Origin: Desulfobacterales bacterium
GTDB taxonomy: Bacteria; Desulfobacterota; Desulfobacteria; Desulfobacterales; G963662235
Assembly: GCA_963662235.1 (NCBI GenBank)
Contig: OY759308.1
Span: 927,070-991,069, forward strand
DNA length: 64,000 nucleotides
Direction of reading: 5' to 3'
Position 1 is the first letter of the stretch. The number at the start of each line of letters is the position of its first letter. Shown piece after piece: positions 44,949-55,745 of the stretch. The position numbers and the translations under genes are program-made. The notes below the pieces were generated by a model, which saw only the letters and a program-made list of their open reading frames with translations, did no database searches and was not told the origin of the DNA.

Positions 44949-44966
44949 TTTAGGAGGTTTAACGGT

Positions 44967-45620
44967 TTGGGACAAAAAGTTCATCCTATAAGTTTAAGAC
45001 TAGGTATTAACAAAACCTGGAATTCAAGATGGTATGCAGATAAGAAAAATTATTCTGCTTTTGTTGAAGAAGATTTTAATTTAAGAAAATTTCTTAAAGC
45101 AAGCTTATACAGTGCTGGTGTTTCAGTAATAGAGATAGAAAGATATTCTAAGAAAATTCGTTTTCGTATTTTTGTTGCAAGACCGGGAATAGTTATCGGG
45201 AAAAAAGGAATGGAGATAGCTAACCTCAAAGACAAATTATCTAAGAAAATCAAAGATAAAGAAGTTATAATAGATATTCAGGAAGTTAAAAAACCAGAAC
45301 TTGATGCACAACTTATAGCAGAAAATGTAGCATTGCAGCTTCAAAGACGTATTGCTTTTAGAAAAGCTATGAAAAGAGCGGTTTCTATGGCAATGAAGTT
45401 TGGAGCACAAGGTATTAAAATTATGTGTGCTGGAAGACTTGCTGGTGCAGAAATGGCTCGAACAGAATGGTATAAAGAAGGTAGAGTACCACTTCATACA
45501 CTTAGAGCAGATATAGATTATGGTTTTTCAGAATCTAAAACCACATATGGTATTATAGGTGTTAAAGTTTCTATATTTAAAGGTGAAGTTTTTAATAAAA
45601 AAAAGGATAATAAGAAGTAG
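44967..45620 (+). CDS. rpsC: 30S ribosomal protein S3
   Basis: [24 protein letters not shown] (TTG start), KH domain. Confidence 0.96.
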   Translation: MGQKVHPISLRLGINKTWNSRWYADKKNYSAFVEEDFNLRKFLKASLYSAGVSVIEIERYSKKIRFRIFVARPGIVIGKKGMEIANLKDKLSKKIKDKEVIIDIQEVKKPELDAQLIAENVALQLQRRIAFRKAMKRAVSMAMKFGAQGIKIMCAGRLAGAEMARTEWYKEGRVPLHTLRADIDYGFSESKTTYGIIGVKVSIFKGEVFNKKKDNKK

Positions 45621-46034
45621 ATGTTAAGTCCTAAAAAAGTTAAATATAATAAGAAGCAAAGAGGCAGAATGAAAGGGATGGCTAACTCTGGCAACAAACT
45701 TAATTTTGGAGAGTTTGGTCTTCAAGCTATAGAGTGTGGTCACGTATCTGCAAGACAAATAGAAGCTGCTCGTGTTGCAATGACTCGTTATTCTAAACGT
45801 TCAGGTAAATCTTGGATACGAATATTTCCAGACAAGCCTGTAACTAAAAAGCCAGCTGAAGTTAGAATGGGTAAAGGTAAAGGTCCTACAGATTCTTGGG
45901 TAGCTGTTGTTAAGAGTGGTAGAATTTTATACGAGATAGAGGGTGTATCTGAAGAGGTTGCAAGAGAGGCTTTTCGTCTTGCTTCTCATAAGCTTTCGGT
46001 GAAAACTCGATTTGTAGTAAGAGGGGATGTTTAA
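45621..46034 (+). CDS. rplP: 50S ribosomal protein L16
   Basis: [19 protein letters not shown]...RMGKGKG. Confidence 0.96.
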   Translation: MLSPKKVKYNKKQRGRMKGMANSGNKLNFGEFGLQAIECGHVSARQIEAARVAMTRYSKRSGKSWIRIFPDKPVTKKPAEVRMGKGKGPTDSWVAVVKSGRILYEIEGVSEEVAREAFRLASHKLSVKTRFVVRGDV

Positions 46035-46036
46035 AA

Positions 46037-46249
46037 ATGAAGGTAAAAGAGCTTAGAGAATTTGATGTTCCTACACTTGCTCAAAAATTTATAGATGAAA
46101 AAGAAGCATATTTTAATTTACGTTTTCAATATAGTGCAGGAAAATTAGAAAACAGTGCTGCACTTAAGAAGAAGAGAAAAAATATTGCTAGAATTCTTAC
46201 AATTATAAATGAAAAAAAATTAACTAATAACCAGGAACAAACTAAATGA
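46037..46249 (+). CDS. rpmC: 50S ribosomal protein L29
   Basis: [11 protein letters not shown]...[13 protein letters not shown]...IARILT. Confidence 0.92.
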   Translation: MKVKELREFDVPTLAQKFIDEKEAYFNLRFQYSAGKLENSAALKKKRKNIARILTIINEKKLTNNQEQTK

Positions 46250-46515
46250 AAGATAAAATAAGAAATAAAAAGAAATTTGTAGGTGAAGTTGTTTCTGACA
46301 AGATGGATAAAACTGTTGTAGTTTTAGTTGAAAGAGTTGTTATGCACCCACTTTACAAAAAGTATATAAAAAGAAGAACAAAACTATCGGCTCATAATAA
46401 TAATATAGAAGGCTGTAAAGAGGGAGCTAAGGTTTTAATAATTGAATCTAAACCAATAAGTAAAACAAAAAAGTTTAGAGTAAGTAAAGTTATTAGAGAA
46501 GCTAAAACTTACTAA
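46246..46515 (+). CDS. rpsQ: 30S ribosomal protein S17
   Basis: [33 protein letters not shown]. Confidence 0.94.
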   Translation: MKDKIRNKKKFVGEVVSDKMDKTVVVLVERVVMHPLYKKYIKRRTKLSAHNNNIEGCKEGAKVLIIESKPISKTKKFRVSKVIREAKTY

Positions 46516-46535
46516 ATAAGGGATTACTATAAATT

Positions 46536-46904
46536 ATGATACAGGTCGAAACGAAACTTAGTGTTGCTGATAATTCTGGTGCCAAAAAACTTTCTTGTAT
46601 TAAAGTGCTTGGTGGTTCAAAAAGAAGATTTGCTTCTGTAGGAGATATAATAGTTGTATCAGTGAAAGAAGCAGCTCCTAACACTAAAGTAAAAAAAGGC
46701 GATGTGTTAAAAGCAGTTATTGTAAGAACCAAAAAAGAAGTAGAAAGAGATGATGGTTCTTTTGTTAGATTTGATGACAATTCTGCTGTTATTATAAATA
46801 AAGATAAAGAGCCAATTGGAACACGTATTTTTGGTCCCGTTGCAAGAGAGCTTAGAGCTAAAAAATTTATGAAAATAATATCTCTTGCACCAGAAGTGTT
46901 ATAA
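46536..46904 (+). CDS. rplN: 50S ribosomal protein L14
   Basis: [28 protein letters not shown]. Confidence 0.97.
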   Translation: MIQVETKLSVADNSGAKKLSCIKVLGGSKRRFASVGDIIVVSVKEAAPNTKVKKGDVLKAVIVRTKKEVERDDGSFVRFDDNSAVIINKDKEPIGTRIFGPVARELRAKKFMKIISLAPEVL

Positions 46905-46949
46905 AGAACTAATTTTTATTTAAGATTCTAAAAAAGAGAAGAATGATAA

Positions 46950-47276
46950 ATGAACTATAAAGTTAAAGTGAATGATAAAGTAAAAGTTATTACAGGTAAA
47001 GATAAAGGTAAAATCGGTAAAGTTTTAAGGTTGTTAAAGGATAAGAAGAAGATTGTTGTTGAAGGCATTAATATGATTAAAAGGCATTCCAAGCCTACAT
47101 CTGCAAAGAATTCTCAGGGTGGTATTATAGAAAAAGAAGCACCGTTTGATATTTCTAATGTTATGCTTGTTTGTAACTCTTGTGTAAAACCCACCAGAGT
47201 TAAAATGCATATTCTTGAAGATGGTAAAAGAGTCAGAAAATGCCAGAAATGTAATGAGTTTATAGACACTAAGTAA
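46950..47276 (+). CDS. rplX: 50S ribosomal protein L24 (with a CxxC...CxxC motif)
   Basis: [21 protein letters not shown]...[13 protein letters not shown]. The C-terminus has CNSC...CQKC. Confidence 0.94.
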   Translation: MNYKVKVNDKVKVITGKDKGKIGKVLRLLKDKKKIVVEGINMIKRHSKPTSAKNSQGGIIEKEAPFDISNVMLVCNSCVKPTRVKMHILEDGKRVRKCQKCNEFIDTK

Positions 47277-47284
47277 GAAAGAAA

Positions 47285-47824
47285 ATGACTACTATAAAAG
47301 AAAAATATCAAAAAGAGATAGTTCCAAAGCTAATTGAAAAGTTTGGTTATAAAAATATTATGCAAGTTCCTAAAATTGAGAAGATAGTTCTCAATATGGG
47401 GCTTGGTATGGCTGTTCAAAATCCTAAAATTATTGAACCTGCTTTGGAAGAACTTAAACAAATAGCAGGACAAAAGCCTGTAGTAACAAAAGCTAAAAAA
47501 TCTATTGCAAGTTTTAAATTGAGAGAGGGTATGCCTATAGGTTGTATGGTTACTCTTCGTAGAAGCAAAAAATATGATTTTTTCAGTAAACTTGTAAATA
47601 TAGCTCTTCCAAGAGTGAAAGATTTTAGAGGAATTTCTGGAAAAGCTTTTGATGGCAAAGGAAACTATAGTTTTGGTATAAAAGAACATATTATTTTCCC
47701 TGAAATTAATTATGATAAAATTGATAAGATTAAGGGGATTAATGTCACGATAGTTACAACTGCAAAAACAGATAGTGAAGCAAAAGAATTGCTTCGTTTA
47801 TTAAATATGCCTTTTAGGAACTAA
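47285..47824 (+). CDS. rplE: 50S ribosomal protein L5
   Basis: [18 protein letters not shown]...[11 protein letters not shown]. Confidence 0.96.
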   Translation: MTTIKEKYQKEIVPKLIEKFGYKNIMQVPKIEKIVLNMGLGMAVQNPKIIEPALEELKQIAGQKPVVTKAKKSIASFKLREGMPIGCMVTLRRSKKYDFFSKLVNIALPRVKDFRGISGKAFDGKGNYSFGIKEHIIFPEINYDKIDKIKGINVTIVTTAKTDSEAKELLRLLNMPFRN

Positions 47825-47838
47825 GGAGGGCTTAAGTT

Positions 47839-48024
47839 TTGGCAAAAACATCTCTTAAAGTTAAAGTTAAAAAAAAACAAAAGTTTAAAGTTAGAGAATA
47901 TAATAGATGTCCTCTTTGTGGACGTCCAAGAGCTTTTTTAAGAAAATTTAATATATGCCGTATATGTTTTAGAGAACTTGCTTCAAAGGGTGACTTACCA
48001 GGTGTGGTTAAGTCGAGTTGGTAG
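47839..48024 (+). CDS. rpsN: 30S ribosomal protein S14, zinc-binding type Z (61 aa)
   Basis: [28 protein letters not shown]...VKSSW. TTG start. Confidence 0.95.
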   Translation: MAKTSLKVKVKKKQKFKVREYNRCPLCGRPRAFLRKFNICRICFRELASKGDLPGVVKSSW

Positions 48025-48057
48025 TTTTTTAAAAAAATATACTAAGGAGATTATTAA

Positions 48058-48477
48058 GTGGTAATAGATCCAATTGCAGATATGCTGACTAGAATTCGCA
48101 ATGCAGGAAAAGCAAAACATAGTTATGTTATGATTCCTGGTTCTAAAATAAAAACCGAAATAGTTAGGGTTTTAAAAGAACAAGGGTATATCAAAGATTT
48201 TGAAATTATACCAAATGATACAGGAAATGATTTAAAGGTTCAGTTAAAATATTTTGGTAATAGTGGCAATAGTGATTATGATATTGGCAAACATACTATA
48301 ATTGAAATTGAAAGAGTAAGTAAGCTTGGTAGACGTGTATATTCAAAAAGTAAAGATATTAAACCTGTTTATAACGGACTTGGTATAGCTATTATCTCTA
48401 CATCAAAAGGTATAAAAACAGACAAAGAGGCAAGAGAACAAAATTTAGGCGGCGAAATACTCTGTCATGTTTGGTAA
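48058..48477 (+). CDS. rpsH: 30S ribosomal protein S8
   Basis: VIDPIADMLTRIRNA... GTG start. Confidence 0.96.
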   Translation: MVIDPIADMLTRIRNAGKAKHSYVMIPGSKIKTEIVRVLKEQGYIKDFEIIPNDTGNDLKVQLKYFGNSGNSDYDIGKHTIIEIERVSKLGRRVYSKSKDIKPVYNGLGIAIISTSKGIKTDKEAREQNLGGEILCHVW

Positions 48478-48492
48478 AAAGGAGTAAGTTAA

Positions 48493-49032
48493 ATGTCAAG
48501 AATAGTGAAAAAAGCTATTCAAATAGCAGATAAAACTACAGTTACTTATGTAGATAAAGTTGTTACGGTTTCTGGCGAAAAGGGAGTTTTAAAAAGAAAA
48601 ATTCACGACTTTATTGATATAAAAATAGAAGATAACCTTATAAATGTAACTAAAAATCAAGATAATAAAAAAGCGGAAGCTTTAAGTGGGCTTACCTGGG
48701 TTCTTATAAACAATATGATTATAGGAGTTAACAAAGGTTTTGAAAAGGATCTTGAAATAAACGGTATCGGTTATAGAGCAGAACTAAAAGGTAAAGATAC
48801 AATTATTTTTAATGTTGGTTATTCTAATCCTGTAAATTTCAAACTTCCAGAAGGCATAGATGTTAATATAGATAAAACAAAATTAAAATTGATGAGCATA
48901 GATAAAGAGCTTTTAGGACAAACAGCAGCATCAATTAGAAAAATAAGACCTCCAGAAGTTTATAAAGGCAAGGGTATTAAGTATAAAGAAGAAGTAATAC
49001 AAAAGAAAGCTGGCAAGAAAGCAGCAAAATAA
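48493..49032 (+). CDS. rplF: 50S ribosomal protein L6
   Basis: MSRIVKKAIQI...GIGYRAELKG...PPEVYKGKGIKY. Confidence 0.95.
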   Translation: MSRIVKKAIQIADKTTVTYVDKVVTVSGEKGVLKRKIHDFIDIKIEDNLINVTKNQDNKKAEALSGLTWVLINNMIIGVNKGFEKDLEINGIGYRAELKGKDTIIFNVGYSNPVNFKLPEGIDVNIDKTKLKLMSIDKELLGQTAASIRKIRPPEVYKGKGIKYKEEVIQKKAGKKAAK

Positions 49033-49048
49033 TAGGTGTTTAAATAAA

Positions 49049-49402
49049 ATGCTATTTGTACGTAATAAAAAAAGATTAAAGAAAAAAAAACGAATCAGTA
49101 AAAAGATTATGGGGACGCCTGAAAGACCTCGTTTAGTAGTTTTTAGAAGTCTAAACAATATTTATGGTCAAATTGTAGATGATGTAAAAGGGCATACTCT
49201 TGTATCGGCTTCAAGTCTTGAAAAAGATTTTAAAAAAGAAGGGAATAAATTTTCTATATCAGAAGGTGTAGGAAATTTTTTAGGAGAAAAAGCTGTTAAA
49301 AAAGGTATAAAAGAAGTTGTTTTTGATAGAAATGGTTATTTGTATCATGGCAGAGTAAAAGCTTTTGCTGATGGTGTTCGTAAAAAAGGCTTAATATTTT
49401 AA
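49049..49402 (+). CDS. rplR: 50S ribosomal protein L18
   Basis: GTPERPRLVVFRSLNNIYGQIVDD...YHGRVKAFADGVRKKGLIF. Confidence 0.95.
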   Translation: MLFVRNKKRLKKKKRISKKIMGTPERPRLVVFRSLNNIYGQIVDDVKGHTLVSASSLEKDFKKEGNKFSISEGVGNFLGEKAVKKGIKEVVFDRNGYLYHGRVKAFADGVRKKGLIF

Positions 49403-49445
49403 TTAAAAAATATTTAATGAAAAATATATAAAGGAGAGTTCACTT

Positions 49446-49934
49446 TTGATTAAAAGACAGGAGACAGAAAATAACCAATTAGTAGAAAAGGTTGTTTACA
49501 TAAATCGTGTTGCAAAGGTTGTTAAAGGGGGTAGAAGGTTTAGCTTTAGTGCTATTGTAGTTGTAGGAGACAATAAAGGTAGAGTTGGACATGGGCTTGG
49601 AAAAGCTGGAGAGGTTCCTGAAGCTATAAGAAAAGGGATTGAAAAAGCAAAAAGCAATATGGTTGGTGTTACAGTTGTTGATGGTACTATTCCTTATGAA
49701 ATTGTTGGTAGATATGGTGCTGGTAAAGTACTTTTAAAACCTGCTTCAAAAGGTACAGGTGTTATAGCAGGTGGTGCAATTCGTGCGGTACTTGAATCAG
49801 CAGGAGTTAAAAATATACTTACAAAATGTCTTGGTTCCCATAACCCACACAATCTTGTAAAAGCAACTATTGCAGGGCTTAAAAGTCTTGAAACTAAAAA
49901 GCAAGTTGCTCTTAGAAGAGGTATATCTTTATAA
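49446..49934 (+). CDS. rpsE: 30S ribosomal protein S5
   Basis: [27 protein letters not shown]...[16 protein letters not shown] start. Confidence 0.96.
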   Translation: MIKRQETENNQLVEKVVYINRVAKVVKGGRRFSFSAIVVVGDNKGRVGHGLGKAGEVPEAIRKGIEKAKSNMVGVTVVDGTIPYEIVGRYGAGKVLLKPASKGTGVIAGGAIRAVLESAGVKNILTKCLGSHNPHNLVKATIAGLKSLETKKQVALRRGISL

Positions 49935-49947
49935 AGTGGATAAAAGA

Positions 49948-50136
49948 ATGTTAAAAATTAAATTAAATAAAAGCTTAATAGGTAGACCTGAAAAACATCG
50001 TAAAATTTTACAAAGTTTAGGGCTTACTAAAATTAATAGAGAGAAAGAATTTAAGGATAATCCTGCTACTCGTGGTATTATAAAAAAAGTTCAACATCTT
50101 GTTTCTGTGCAAAAAGATGAGGATGCAAAAAAATGA
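49948..50136 (+). CDS. rpmD: 50S ribosomal protein L30
   Basis: [26 protein letters not shown]. Start taken at the internal ATG 49948, after the rpsE stop, not at the track start 49870. Confidence 0.92.
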   Translation: MLKIKLNKSLIGRPEKHRKILQSLGLTKINREKEFKDNPATRGIIKKVQHLVSVQKDEDAKK

Positions 50137-50570
50137 AACTTAATGAATTATCGCCATCTAAAGGTTCTGTAAAAAAAAGAAGAAGAGTAGGTAGAGGTGT
50201 AGGTTCTGGTAAAGGTTCCACATCAGGTAGAGGACATAAAGGTCAGAATGCTAGATCTGGAGGTGGAGTTAGAGCAGGTTTTGAAGGTGGTCAAATGCCT
50301 CTTCAAAGAAGGCTTCCTAAAAGAGGTTTTACAAATATCTTTAAGAAAAAGATTGCTATATTAAATGTAGATACAATAGCAAAATTTAGAAAAGATAGCA
50401 TTATAAATGATATTGCTCTTATAAAAAAAGGTTTAGTTAAGGGTAAATATGATGCTATTAAAATTCTTGGAAAAGGTGAAATAAAAAAACCTGTTACAAT
50501 AGAGAAATGTCTCTTAAGTAATAGTGCAAGACAGAAAATAGAAGCAGCTGGCGGTACAATAAAGGAATAG
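50133..50570 (+). CDS. rplO: 50S ribosomal protein L15
   Basis: [12 protein letters not shown]...[26 protein letters not shown]. Confidence 0.96.
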   Translation: MKLNELSPSKGSVKKRRRVGRGVGSGKGSTSGRGHKGQNARSGGGVRAGFEGGQMPLQRRLPKRGFTNIFKKKIAILNVDTIAKFRKDSIINDIALIKKGLVKGKYDAIKILGKGEIKKPVTIEKCLLSNSARQKIEAAGGTIKE

Positions 50571-50580
50571 AAAGTTTATT

Positions 50581-51864
50581 ATGGCGAATCCTCTTCAAAA
50601 CATTATGAAACTGCCAGAAATTAAGAGAAGAATTCTTGTAACTCTTCTTTTTTTATTTGTGTATAGAATAGGAGTACACGTTCCAACACCTGGGATTGAC
50701 GGTGGTGCACTTCAAGAAATATTCAATGCAAATAAAGGTGGCATTCTTGGTATGTTCAATATGTTTTCGGGTGGAGCTCTTGAAAGACTTTCTGTTTTTG
50801 CTCTTGGTATAATGCCATATATTAGTGCTTCAATTATTTTACAACTTCTTACCGTAGCTATTCCTCATCTTGAAAGATTATCTAAAGAAGGAGAGCACGG
50901 AAGAAAAAAAATCACACAATATACAAGATACGGTACAGTTCTTTTAAGTATCATACAAGGGTTCGGTATCAGTGTTGGACTTGAAGCTATGAATGCAGTT
51001 ATAAGTCCAGGTTGGTCATTTAGAATAATGACAATATTAACACTTACAGCTGGTACAGCTTTTATTATGTGGCTTGGTGAGCAAATTACTGAAAAAGGGA
51101 TAGGAAACGGTATCTCTTTGATTATTTTTGCAGGAATTGTTGCAAGGATGCCTGTTGCAACTGCCAATACATTTAGATTGATTTCTTCGGGTGAAATGTC
51201 TGCTTTTTTCGTTATAATACTACTTGTTATTATGATTGGTGTTGTAGGGTTCATAATATTTTTTGAACAGGCACAAAGAAGAATTGTTGTACAATATGCA
51301 CAAAGAGTTGTAGGCAGAAAGATGTTTGGCGGACAAAGTTCATATCTTCCGTTAAAAGTAAACACTGCAGGTGTTATTCCTCCGATTTTTGCATCTTCTA
51401 TAATGATGTTCCCTGCTACTGTTGCAAGTTTTATTGATATTCCTTTTATGAATACAGTGAAAGATATGCTTATGCCGGGGAATGTTTTATATGAAATTAT
51501 TTTTGTAATTTTTATTTTTTTCTTCTGTTTTTTTTATACTGCAATAACTTTTAATCCTAAAGATATTGCTGAAAATATGAAAAAAAATGGGGGTTATGTC
51601 CCAGGGATAAGACCTGGTAAAAAGACTTCAGAATATATTGATAGAGTTTTATCAAGAATCACTCTTGGTGGTGCGACTTATGTTTCTGCAATATGTGTTT
51701 TGCCTTCTATCCTTATGACAAAATTTAATGTGCCATTTTATTTTGGTGGTACAGCACTTTTAATTGTCGTGGGAGTAGCAATAGATACTATAGCTCAAAT
51801 AGAATCTCATATGACAACCAGAAACTATAGTGGTTTTCTGAAAAAAAAACTTAAAGGAGCTTAG
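50581..51864 (+). CDS. secY: Preprotein translocase subunit SecY
   Basis: 427 aa, 10 TM; [19 protein letters not shown]...[21 protein letters not shown]. Confidence 0.97.
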   Translation: MANPLQNIMKLPEIKRRILVTLLFLFVYRIGVHVPTPGIDGGALQEIFNANKGGILGMFNMFSGGALERLSVFALGIMPYISASIILQLLTVAIPHLERLSKEGEHGRKKITQYTRYGTVLLSIIQGFGISVGLEAMNAVISPGWSFRIMTILTLTAGTAFIMWLGEQITEKGIGNGISLIIFAGIVARMPVATANTFRLISSGEMSAFFVIILLVIMIGVVGFIIFFEQAQRRIVVQYAQRVVGRKMFGGQSSYLPLKVNTAGVIPPIFASSIMMFPATVASFIDIPFMNTVKDMLMPGNVLYEIIFVIFIFFFCFFYTAITFNPKDIAENMKKNGGYVPGIRPGKKTSEYIDRVLSRITLGGATYVSAICVLPSILMTKFNVPFYFGGTALLIVVGVAIDTIAQIESHMTTRNYSGFLKKKLKGA

Positions 51865-52086
51865 ATGTCTGTCAAGGAAGAAGCTATAAAAGTTCAGGGG
51901 AAAGTACTTGAGACTCTTCCCAACGCTACATTTAAAGTTGAATTAGAAACCAAGCATCAAATAATTGCACACATTTCTGGTAAGATGCGTATGCACTTTA
52001 TTAAGATATTGCCAGGTGATACTGTTACAGTTGAGCTTTCACCTTATGACTTAACTAAAGGTAGGATTACTTATAGAGAAAAATAA
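51865..52086 (+). CDS. infA: Translation initiation factor IF-1
   Basis: [17 protein letters not shown]...[35 protein letters not shown]. Confidence 0.97.
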   Translation: MSVKEEAIKVQGKVLETLPNATFKVELETKHQIIAHISGKMRMHFIKILPGDTVTVELSPYDLTKGRITYREK

Positions 52087-52202
52087 GACCTTTACACATA
52101 ATGTTTTTTATTAAAAAACAGTGATTGTTTTTGTAAAACATTAATTTTTGATAATTTTACAAAAACTTATAAAACCATTATAAAGTATATGTGCAAAGGT
52201 CT
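52086..52202. repeat. Family-A palindromic element, long copy (117 bp), inserted between infA and rpmJ
   Basis: AGACCTTTACACATAATG...TATATGTGCAAAGGTCT termini, plus the internal inverted repeat TGTTTTTGTAAAA/TTTTACAAAAAC. The left end overlaps the infA stop codon. Confidence 0.75.
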
Positions 52203-52265
52203 TAAAGATAAGAGATTTTTGGGTAATCTTTAAAAATCTTAAAATAAATATAAAGAGATAAAAAA

Positions 52266-52379
52266 ATGAAAGTAAATGCTTCTGTAAAGAAAATATGTAA
52301 TAAATGTAAAGTTATAAAAAGGAAAGGTGTTGTTAGAGTTATTTGTGAAAATAAAAGACATAAGCAAAGGCAAGGATAA
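52266..52379 (+). CDS. rpmJ: 50S ribosomal protein L36
   Basis: Not in the ORF track (37 aa). My translation is [37 protein letters not shown], the canonical L36 zinc-ribbon sequence. Confidence 0.93.
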   Translation: MKVNASVKKICNKCKVIKRKGVVRVICENKRHKQRQG

Positions 52380-52382
52380 AAA

Positions 52383-52757
52383 ATGGCAAGAATTTCAGGT
52401 GTAGATATACCAAAACAAAAACATATACTAATTTCTTTAACTTATATTTTTGGAATAGGCAAAAGTAGAGCAAAAAATATATTAGATAAGCTTTCTATTG
52501 ACCCTATGATTGAAACAGAAAAGTTGAGTGATGAAGAAATAAATAAGATTCGTAAATTTATTGACACGGAATATAAAGTAGAAGGTGAGCTTCGAGCAGA
52601 AAGGTCAATGAATGTAAAAAGACTTATGGATATAGGATGTTATAGAGGTCTGCGTCATAGAAGATCTTTACCTTGTCGTGGTCAAAATACTCAAACTAAT
52701 GCAAGAACACGAAAAGGACCTAAGAAAACTGCTATTAAAAAGAAAAAGAAAATCTAA
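52383..52757 (+). CDS. rpsM: 30S ribosomal protein S13
   Basis: [26 protein letters not shown]. Confidence 0.97.
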   Translation: MARISGVDIPKQKHILISLTYIFGIGKSRAKNILDKLSIDPMIETEKLSDEEINKIRKFIDTEYKVEGELRAERSMNVKRLMDIGCYRGLRHRRSLPCRGQNTQTNARTRKGPKKTAIKKKKKI

Positions 52758-52775
52758 AAGAGGTTAAAAATAAAA

Positions 52776-53165
52776 ATGGCAAAAGCAAAAAAGCAGATTA
52801 AAAAAAAGATTAAAAAAAATATATCAAGTGGAATAATTCATATCCAGTCCACTTTTAATAATACGATTATAACGGTTACAGACATAGCGGGTAATGTTGT
52901 TTGTTGGTCAAGTGCTGGCGTACAGGGCTTTAAAGGAGCAAGAAAAAGTACTCCTTTTGCGGCACAGCTTGTTGCTGAAGATATTGCAAAGAAGACAAAA
53001 GAATATGGCATCAAAACTTTTGAAGTCTATTTAAATGGTCCTGGCGTAGGTAGAGAGTCGGCTTTAAGAACATTACATGGTGCGGGTTTTACAATCACTC
53101 TTATTAAAGATGTAACACCTATTCCGCATAATGGTTGTAGACCTTCAAAACGTAGAAGAGTTTAA
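52776..53165 (+). CDS. rpsK: 30S ribosomal protein S11
   Basis: [18 protein letters not shown]...[14 protein letters not shown]...[13 protein letters not shown]. Confidence 0.97.
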   Translation: MAKAKKQIKKKIKKNISSGIIHIQSTFNNTIITVTDIAGNVVCWSSAGVQGFKGARKSTPFAAQLVAEDIAKKTKEYGIKTFEVYLNGPGVGRESALRTLHGAGFTITLIKDVTPIPHNGCRPSKRRRV

Positions 53166-53179
53166 TAAGGAGAAAAATT

Positions 53180-53806
53180 TTGGCAAGATATAGAGGACCT
53201 GTTTGTCGTTTATGCAGGCGAGAAAACTCAAAGCTTTTTTTAAAGGGAGATCGTTGTTATTCAGACAAGTGTGCTTTTGAAAGACGTTCTTATGCACCTG
53301 GACAACATGGTCAAAGAAGAGGCAAATATTCAGACTATGGAGTTCAGTTAAGAGAAAAACAAAAGGTGAAAAGAGTTTATGGCCTTTCAGAAAAGCAGTT
53401 TAGACTTGTTTTTAAAAGAGCTGAAAAGAAAAAAGGTATGACAGGCTTAACATTACTTAATTTTTTAGAAAGAAGATTAGATAATGTAATATATAGATTA
53501 GGTTTTGCGAGTTCAAGAACTCAAGGTAGACACTTAGTAAAGCATGGTCATTTTATTATAAACAATAAAAAAGTTGATATACCTTCATATGTTGTAAAAC
53601 AGAACGATGTAATTGAGGTAGCTGAAAAGAGTAAAAATATAACTGCTATTAAAGATTCTATAGAGGCTGTTGTAAGAAGAGGTGTTCCTGGTTGGCTTAG
53701 TTTTGATAAAGAAGGATTTAAGGGTACCGTTGTAAATATGCCAGAAAGAGAAGATATTACCTTACCTATACAAGAACAGCTTATAGTTGAACTTTATTCT
53801 AAATAG
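53180..53806 (+). CDS. rpsD: 30S ribosomal protein S4
   Basis: [15 protein letters not shown]...[10 protein letters not shown]...[15 protein letters not shown] start. Confidence 0.97.
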   Translation: MARYRGPVCRLCRRENSKLFLKGDRCYSDKCAFERRSYAPGQHGQRRGKYSDYGVQLREKQKVKRVYGLSEKQFRLVFKRAEKKKGMTGLTLLNFLERRLDNVIYRLGFASSRTQGRHLVKHGHFIINNKKVDIPSYVVKQNDVIEVAEKSKNITAIKDSIEAVVRRGVPGWLSFDKEGFKGTVVNMPEREDITLPIQEQLIVELYSK

Positions 53807-53924
53807 CTTTAACAAAAAGCTACAAGCATAATCATATTTTATGCTTAACAATAGAAAAGTTAATTTTTATTATGCAGATAGAAAAACATTATTAATGTTT
53901 TTAATTTTTTAAAAGGAGACGTTG

Positions 53925-54923
53925 ATGTCATTAGATGATATAGTTTTTATAAATTGGCGAGAAATGATTAAGCCAAAAAAAATCAATGTAGAGGGCGATA
54001 AATTTTATGGTAAATTCGTTTGTGAGCCTCTTGAACGTGGTTTTGCTTTAACTATTGGCAATGCTCTCCGTAGAACTATTTTATCATCCATATATGGTCC
54101 TGGTATTGTTTCTGTTCGTTTTAAAGATGTATTGCACGAATTTAGTGTTATTCAAGGTGTCTTAGAAGATGTTTCAGAAATTATCCTTAATATAAAAGAG
54201 TTAAAGATAAAGGTTACGGATACCAAAGAGAGAGTTTTACATCTTAAAGTTTCAGGAAGAGATGCTACAGCCAAAGATGTAGTTAGTAAAGATGGAGGAG
54301 TAGAGATTTTAAATCCTGATCTCCATATTGCTACAATTTCAAAAGGGGCTGAGCTTGATATGGAAATGGTTGTTAAAGTAGGCAAAGGATATGTAGCAGC
54401 AAAAGACAATAAAGATGAAGATATGCCTATAGGAACTATCCCTATAGATACTATCTTTTCTCCGATAGAAAGAATAAAGTTTGATGTTTCAAGTTCAAGA
54501 GTTGGACAAAAAACAGATTACGATAAACTTACTTTTGAAGTTTGGACAGATGGTAGTGTTCTTCCAGAAGATGCAGTAGCTTATGGCTCTAAAATATTAA
54601 AAGAGCAATTAAACTCTTTTATTAACTTTGATGAAGAGAGTGAGCCTGAAGAAGAAAAGCCAAAAGAACAAGAAGAAAAGAAACAATATAATGAAAATTT
54701 ATATAGAAAAGTAGATGAGCTTGAGCTTTCAGTAAGGAGCTCAAATTGTCTTAAAAATGCTGATATAGATTATATTTATCAGTTAGTTAAAAGAACAGAA
54801 GGAGATATGCTTAGGACTAAAAATTTTGGTCGTAAATCTCTTAATGAAATAAAAGATATATTAGGTGAAATGGGACTTCGTTTCGGAATGGTTCTTGATG
54901 AGGATTTTGAAATTCCGGTTTAA
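53925..54923 (+). CDS. rpoA: DNA-directed RNA polymerase alpha subunit
   Basis: [12 protein letters not shown]...; C-terminal domain [15 protein letters not shown]...[11 protein letters not shown]. The ATG at 53925, 6 nt after AAGGAG, is preferred over the TTG at 53922. Confidence 0.96.
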   Translation: MSLDDIVFINWREMIKPKKINVEGDKFYGKFVCEPLERGFALTIGNALRRTILSSIYGPGIVSVRFKDVLHEFSVIQGVLEDVSEIILNIKELKIKVTDTKERVLHLKVSGRDATAKDVVSKDGGVEILNPDLHIATISKGAELDMEMVVKVGKGYVAAKDNKDEDMPIGTIPIDTIFSPIERIKFDVSSSRVGQKTDYDKLTFEVWTDGSVLPEDAVAYGSKILKEQLNSFINFDEESEPEEEKPKEQEEKKQYNENLYRKVDELELSVRSSNCLKNADIDYIYQLVKRTEGDMLRTKNFGRKSLNEIKDILGEMGLRFGMVLDEDFEIPV

Positions 54924-54951
54924 TCTTTTTTTATGAATAAGGTTTTTTCAG

Positions 54952-55584
54952 ATGAGACATAGAAAAACACGTTTAAAGCTAAGTAGAACAGGTGAGCATA
55001 GAAGAGCTATGTTCAGAAATATGGTAACTTCCCTGTTTGAACATAATCAAGTTAAAACTACTACACCTAAAGCTAAAGAGCTTAAAAGGTTAGCAGATAA
55101 GGTTATAACTCTTGTTAAAAAAGGCGACTTAAGTGCAAGACGTAATGTATTATCTTATATAAGAGATAAAGAGATTGTGCATAAGCTTTTTGAAGAATCT
55201 AATGAACGTTTTATGCATACAGACAGTGGATATACCAGAATATTTAAAGTTGGTCTTAGAAAAGGTGACGCTGCTCCTATGTCTCTTGTTATTCTTTCTG
55301 AAGGTAAAAAAGAGACAAAGAAAGTTAAGCCTAAAAAGGATGAAAAGTTTATAAAGGAAAAAGAGTTAGATAGCGTAGCTTTAGAAGATAAAGAAAATGT
55401 TCAAGAAGAAGTAGAAGCAAAAGAAGAGGCTAAAGAAGCTGATGTAGTAGAGGGTAGTGATGATAAAAATGATGAAATAAAAGCCGAAGAGAGCGAAGCT
55501 AAAGACGATCAAAGTGATGTTGATAAAGAAGATGATGCTAAAGATGAAGAGAAAGAGAACTTAGAGGAAACAGAAAAAAAATAA
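54952..55584 (+). CDS. rplQ: 50S ribosomal protein L17 with a ~90-aa acidic C-terminal extension
   Basis: MRHRKTRLKLSRTGEHRRAMFRNMVTSLFEHNQVKTT is canonical L17. From about residue 120 onward the sequence is a K/E/D-rich low-complexity tail. Confidence 0.93.
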   Translation: MRHRKTRLKLSRTGEHRRAMFRNMVTSLFEHNQVKTTTPKAKELKRLADKVITLVKKGDLSARRNVLSYIRDKEIVHKLFEESNERFMHTDSGYTRIFKVGLRKGDAAPMSLVILSEGKKETKKVKPKKDEKFIKEKELDSVALEDKENVQEEVEAKEEAKEADVVEGSDDKNDEIKAEESEAKDDQSDVDKEDDAKDEEKENLEETEKK

Positions 55585-55607
55585 GTAAAACTTTACATAT
55601 AACAATT

Positions 55608-55652
55608 AAAAAAAAAGCCTTAAGGTTAATTTAACCTTAAGGCTTTTTTTTT
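55608..55652 (+). terminator. Rho-independent terminator of the ribosomal superoperon
   Basis: GCCTTAAGGTTAA-T-TTAACCTTAAGGC palindrome flanked by an A-run and a T-run. Confidence 0.85.
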
Positions 55653-55675
55653 GATTTTGTTTTAAGAATAGAAAT

Positions 55676-55716
55676 AAAAAAGGCTCAAAAGTATTTAAAA
55701 CCTTTGAGCCTTTTTG
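55676..55716 (-). terminator. Rho-independent terminator downstream of ppaC (bidirectional shape)
   Basis: AGGCTCAAA / TTTGAGCCT stem with flanking A-run and T-run. Confidence 0.75.
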
Positions 55717-55745
55717 TTGTTTTGATTTATGTCTCTTTTTATATC

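Noticed and set aside
49870-49947. Longer L30 ORF start overlapping the rpsE 3' end
   Set aside because: The canonical L30 N-terminus ([12 protein letters not shown]) begins at ATG 49948, after the rpsE stop.
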